From assembly GCA_050951325.1 (NCBI GenBank), contig JBMNIW010000012.1, forward strand, positions 735,039 to 799,038: a stretch of 64,000 nucleotides of DNA, read 5' to 3'. The number at the start of each line of letters is the position of its first letter. The stretch's first letter is position 1. Below the pieces are notes generated by a model. It was not told the DNA's origin. It did not search any database and worked only from the letters and a program-made list of their open reading frames with translations. Made by a program: the position numbers and the translations under genes. Below, in pieces: positions 60,191 through 64,000 of the stretch. Source of the DNA: Clostridia bacterium. GTDB taxonomy: Bacteria; Bacillota; Clostridia; UBA1212; DUPL01.

Positions 60191-60264
60191 ATGTGAATTG
60201 ACTGGTATGTTTTGTGTTGTTATAATATAATTTGACGAATATATTACGAATTCATGTGAATTGA
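60191..60264 (+). promoter_or_regulatory. Sigma-A-like promoter flanked by 11-bp direct repeats
   Basis: TTGACT (60198) with 17-nt spacer to extended TGTTATAAT (TATAAT 60221). ATGTGAATTGA at 60191 and 60254. Confidence 0.55.
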
Positions 60265-60286
60265 ATATTTGGAAGGAGAATTTAAT

Positions 60287-61138
60287 ATGCTTAGAAAAAC
60301 AATTATATGTGTATTACTAATGTTGATGGTGTTTTCTTTGTCATTCTCACACGCCGAAGAGTCATATGTAGTATATGACTTTACTGAACCCGAGTACAAC
60401 TGGGCCGGTGAAAATGAGAATCTTGACTATTTTGCATATGACGATGATGAACTTGCGTACATGGGCAAATTGTATAATGTCAATTGGGCCAGACGCTATG
60501 GAGGTGTATCCATACAAGGCAACGAACTGGATCTGGATGTATCATCTACACAGAAAAGATTTTTAAAAATGATGGTCAGGGTGGATGAGGTTGGAGCTCA
60601 AAATGCCTTTGACAATTTTACTGCATATTACTGGTATGATGAGGATCCAAAAGATCCTAACTCTGCACATTATGTTGATCTTCCTAAGGATTGTGCAACA
60701 GCTATTTCCGGTGCCGAGGAATACATTACCCTGATATTTGATTTGGGTTGGGAAAACGAAACGGTGGAAAAAGTTACACAGTTCAGATTAGATATATTTA
60801 CTGCTTCCATGGACAAGGCTGCTGTTCAAACCGACGGTGCTCATTGTGGCGAGATTTTTATTAGATACATAGGATTCTTCGATACCATGGAAGATGCTGA
60901 AAACTTCGAGATTGTTCTTCCAACAGAGGTGCCGAAAACTCCTACTCCAGAGCCCAGTGAAACAGAGCAGCCAAAGCAAACTGCAACAACAAAGCCGGTA
61001 ACAACCAGTGGAAAACAGGACAAGGATGACAAGTCTGATATGGAATCCATGGTTGGGATAGTTATTGGTGGTGTTGTGGTATTGGCAGTCGTCGCAATAA
61101 TACTTATTGTTGTACTACCAAAAAGGAGGAAGAGTTAA
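60287..61138 (+). CDS. Surface beta-sandwich protein (family B) with PT linker and C-terminal TM
   Basis: RBS AAGGAG, signal peptide. FLKMMVRV, LIFDL, FRLDI, IRYIGFFDTMEDA. TM plus KRRK. Confidence 0.7.
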   Translation: MLRKTIICVLLMLMVFSLSFSHAEESYVVYDFTEPEYNWAGENENLDYFAYDDDELAYMGKLYNVNWARRYGGVSIQGNELDLDVSSTQKRFLKMMVRVDEVGAQNAFDNFTAYYWYDEDPKDPNSAHYVDLPKDCATAISGAEEYITLIFDLGWENETVEKVTQFRLDIFTASMDKAAVQTDGAHCGEIFIRYIGFFDTMEDAENFEIVLPTEVPKTPTPEPSETEQPKQTATTKPVTTSGKQDKDDKSDMESMVGIVIGGVVVLAVVAIILIVVLPKRRKS

Positions 61139-63984
61139 TGAGCAGATCTCAATTCATAGCAATTGTCGCAGTCATATTGATTGCTGGTTTGCTCATAAGT
61201 GGAGTTTTGGTATATATGAACATTATCAAACAGAAGAGTGAGAAAGTGGAGTTTTTACATAATACGGATGAAAAAACCGTATACTACAAAGGTTTTGGTT
61301 ACAGCATCGAAATTAATTATGACGGGAAGTTTCAAGTTAGCAGGTTAATAGCCAAAGAACATAACATCCTTGCTCCTGGCAGGGGTATTTATCTGTCGTA
61401 TGAAACAAAGGACCACTCCTTTTCAAGTCTTAATCTCGATGCCGACCCCGGCATCGAGATTGAAGAGATAGACGAGGAGAACTATGCTGCAGTTTTGAAT
61501 TTTGAAGAGGAGAACACTCAGTACGAAGTTCGTCTAGATTTTACTCCTTATGAAACCAAAGCAACTATTAAGAGAACCATAAAAAACGAAATTAGCATAA
61601 CACACCAGGGATTTCCTTCAATCAACCTTGAACAGGATGCGGTTGAAAATATTAGATGGCATCGATCAGGTTCAAACTTCTGGATAGCAGGCAAAGCGTC
61701 CAATATGAGAAACTTTCTGTCTGCTGGAGCTGGATACCTTGCTGAAAAAGGTGAAGCAGGATTTGAGCGTGGCAATGTACACAGAGGAGTTGAAGATATC
61801 ACTTTCAGTCTGATTTCATCTCCTGATAAAAAGTATGCCTTCAGATTTGATGGTAGTACAGACAGGGATTACGCTACCTGTGTAAGAAGGTATGAAGACG
61901 GCGAGTTTAAACATCTTGAGATGAATGTCACTATTGCAGCACCTGACAAAGAGCTTAGGTACCTGGGTCATGAAGATGGCTGGGGTTCTTATTCGGGCAG
62001 GACTGTGGCTCAGGATGCAAAGATTTACAGGCCGGTAAAAATGCTTGGTGGGCAGGTTGATGTTGTGGAGTTTTTCATAAGGCCTGCAGACTATAACCAA
62101 TATTTTGAACTGGGTAAACTGAAAGGCTTTGATCAGGAGCTTTTATCATACGCACTTAACAACTATGGAAGGCTTATGATTATGGACCATGACATGGGTA
62201 CTGCGGTTGAGTCTCCAAACCACTTCCTTGAATTACCTGCCTTGGAACAGCATTGGAATACCTGCATTGTTGGTTTGTTTATGGATGATGCTGCACTGGA
62301 ATCTCAGAAGAACGGTTTAAAAGTAATTAGAGACAAACTTCAAGCACTGGATGGACATATTACAAGTCCGTACCCCTGGATTACACATGACAACTGGGGC
62401 AGCAAGTACAGTGATATGATGCCTGGTTATGTTTTGGCCAATATTTATCTGTATAACCTGACAGGCGACAAGGAATTCTTCGACTCAATGGTTGAATCCT
62501 GCATCAAGGCGTTGGAGAGCCAGGAAAAAATGTACCTGGACGGAAAGGTATGGCTGTGTAAAAATCTTGTAACTGAAAACGAACTGAACATGAATGATTA
62601 CTGGGAGCACACAGCCGGCATGTACAATGGATATACCTCAGCCATGTATTATGAAACACTAGTAAAATTCTCAACCCTTTTGGAGGCTTTATATGGAAAC
62701 CAGTATGCAGATTTAGTAAATCATTATCTGAATTTGGCTGAAAAGATTAAAGAAGACTTTAACAGACTCATGTGGAGCGACAATACAAATACCTTTCTTT
62801 ATGGTTCTGATAACCTTGACATACTGTATTTGCCAGTCCAGGGAGCTGCCATAAGAGGCGGAATTGTAGACAAGGATAGAATCAAACTCATGGTAGAGTC
62901 GGTTGAAAGATATACAGCGGTATTTGATTTGCCCTTCCATGTAATGAATGTCCTGGACATACTGAATGAAAACAGACCGGCTGACCAGTCCGATGACTAC
63001 AACAAATCCATGCTAGGCATGAATGGGGGATGGTATGGAGCGCCAGACGGTGATTTCTATTCGGGTTTCCCGATTTACGGCGACAGATCCCTAATTCCAA
63101 GATATATTAACAGGTTTACTGAACTGTTTGAGAAGACTGGATTTGTAGGTGCTACCGCATACAAGAGGGATGGAGTAACACCTGCAGACTATGGATGGTA
63201 TGACAGTATGCCCACCCTGGTACATCCGATATGGGGATTGTACACTTACGGATACGGATTCCAGCCACTGCATGACAGGCTGAATATAGCACCATTCATT
63301 CACGAAAGCATGGCGGGTAGTGTTGTTAAATACCGTTTTAGACAAGTGGATATGGAAATTACCTACAAGTCCCTTTATGAGTTTGAGCTGGTTGCAATGG
63401 ATGATCCTAAAACTCCGATATACTTCCAGTTCATCAACCAGACTCCAAACAAGGAGTATGAAGTTGTGATAAACGGTAAAACACAAAAATATACTGCGGA
63501 TGCAGAGGGTACGGTATCAGTTCAGGTGGAAGGCAGAAAGACTAGTGTAAAGCTGGTTGCTCCTGATGATGAAGAGATGAATATCACCAGCTTGAAAGGC
63601 AAACCTGTTATAGTCTCTTCAACAAAAAATGGTGATAGGGCTACAACCCACTGGTCAACATGTCTTACTGATGGAGAGCATGACCTGTATTGGGTACCTA
63701 GAGCTGATGATGAAAAACCACATGCAATAGTAGCTCTGGGTGGAAAAGCAAAACTATCCACTATCGTTATCCGTTTGAAAGAAGAAGCTGGCTTGAAGTA
63801 CTTCATAGAAGGTACGAACGATCCAAAGTTAAAGGATTGGAAGGTGATTGTGGACAACTCGAAGAAAGCAACAAGTGGCACAACACTGGAACATGACTTG
63901 AAAGGCGCATACCATTACATCCGAATAAGGTTTGTGGATGCTTATCCGGAGGATATCATGATAACTGAGATTGAAACAAGGTAG
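61138..63984 (+). CDS. N-anchored putative six-hairpin glycosidase with C-terminal F5/8-type module
   Basis: N-terminal TM. YLYNLTGDKEF, NDYWE..NGYTSAMYY, LAEKIKEDFNRLMW, NGGWY. C-terminal LTDG..YW..YHYIRI..ITEIE. Confidence 0.6.
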   Translation: MSRSQFIAIVAVILIAGLLISGVLVYMNIIKQKSEKVEFLHNTDEKTVYYKGFGYSIEINYDGKFQVSRLIAKEHNILAPGRGIYLSYETKDHSFSSLNLDADPGIEIEEIDEENYAAVLNFEEENTQYEVRLDFTPYETKATIKRTIKNEISITHQGFPSINLEQDAVENIRWHRSGSNFWIAGKASNMRNFLSAGAGYLAEKGEAGFERGNVHRGVEDITFSLISSPDKKYAFRFDGSTDRDYATCVRRYEDGEFKHLEMNVTIAAPDKELRYLGHEDGWGSYSGRTVAQDAKIYRPVKMLGGQVDVVEFFIRPADYNQYFELGKLKGFDQELLSYALNNYGRLMIMDHDMGTAVESPNHFLELPALEQHWNTCIVGLFMDDAALESQKNGLKVIRDKLQALDGHITSPYPWITHDNWGSKYSDMMPGYVLANIYLYNLTGDKEFFDSMVESCIKALESQEKMYLDGKVWLCKNLVTENELNMNDYWEHTAGMYNGYTSAMYYETLVKFSTLLEALYGNQYADLVNHYLNLAEKIKEDFNRLMWSDNTNTFLYGSDNLDILYLPVQGAAIRGGIVDKDRIKLMVESVERYTAVFDLPFHVMNVLDILNENRPADQSDDYNKSMLGMNGGWYGAPDGDFYSGFPIYGDRSLIPRYINRFTELFEKTGFVGATAYKRDGVTPADYGWYDSMPTLVHPIWGLYTYGYGFQPLHDRLNIAPFIHESMAGSVVKYRFRQVDMEITYKSLYEFELVAMDDPKTPIYFQFINQTPNKEYEVVINGKTQKYTADAEGTVSVQVEGRKTSVKLVAPDDEEMNITSLKGKPVIVSSTKNGDRATTHWSTCLTDGEHDLYWVPRADDEKPHAIVALGGKAKLSTIVIRLKEEAGLKYFIEGTNDPKLKDWKVIVDNSKKATSGTTLEHDLKGAYHYIRIRFVDAYPEDIMITEIETR

Positions 63985-64000
63985 ATTCAAAGGGCTGTTG

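Noticed and set aside
1-64000. CRISPR array, cas genes, tRNA/rRNA, prophage or defence systems
   Set aside because: No regularly spaced repeats or recognisable motifs were seen.
1-64000. Cellulosome (cohesin/dockerin) or SLH anchoring
   Set aside because: No duplicated DxNxDGxxxxxD dockerin loops, cohesin repeats or SLH motifs were recognised in any ORF.

Overview
A 64-kb, roughly 40% GC chromosomal stretch, most likely from an anaerobic Clostridia-like (Bacillota) bacterium, judged from lipoboxes, NPxT(G/S) sortase-type tails and rho-independent terminators. It is almost entirely devoted to glycan foraging. Recognisable enzymes are two GH127/146-type beta-L-arabinofuranosidases, GH31+PA14, GH3, GH4, a GH43/32-like beta-propeller, uxaB-uxaA-uxaC, and UDP-glucose dehydrogenase plus UDP-glucuronate epimerase. 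These are mixed with glycosidase-like proteins I cannot assign to a family: three (alpha/alpha)6-like and several GH99-like or other TIM barrels. About ten apparently non-catalytic surface proteins are also present. Several belong to a few paralogous jelly-roll-like families that swap between three anchors (lipoprotein, C-terminal TM plus basic tail, NPxT(G/S) sortase signal) and usually sit next to an enzyme gene. No intact sugar transporter, sortase, cohesin or dockerin is seen. Other elements are a 5'-truncated ISLre2-type transposase followed by a strongly structured non-coding region, a 313-bp near-perfect duplication, two true pseudogenes, and several clusters of single-base insertions that look like sequencing errors. 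No CRISPR array, rRNA or tRNA was found. All family calls come from motifs read by eye, without database searches.
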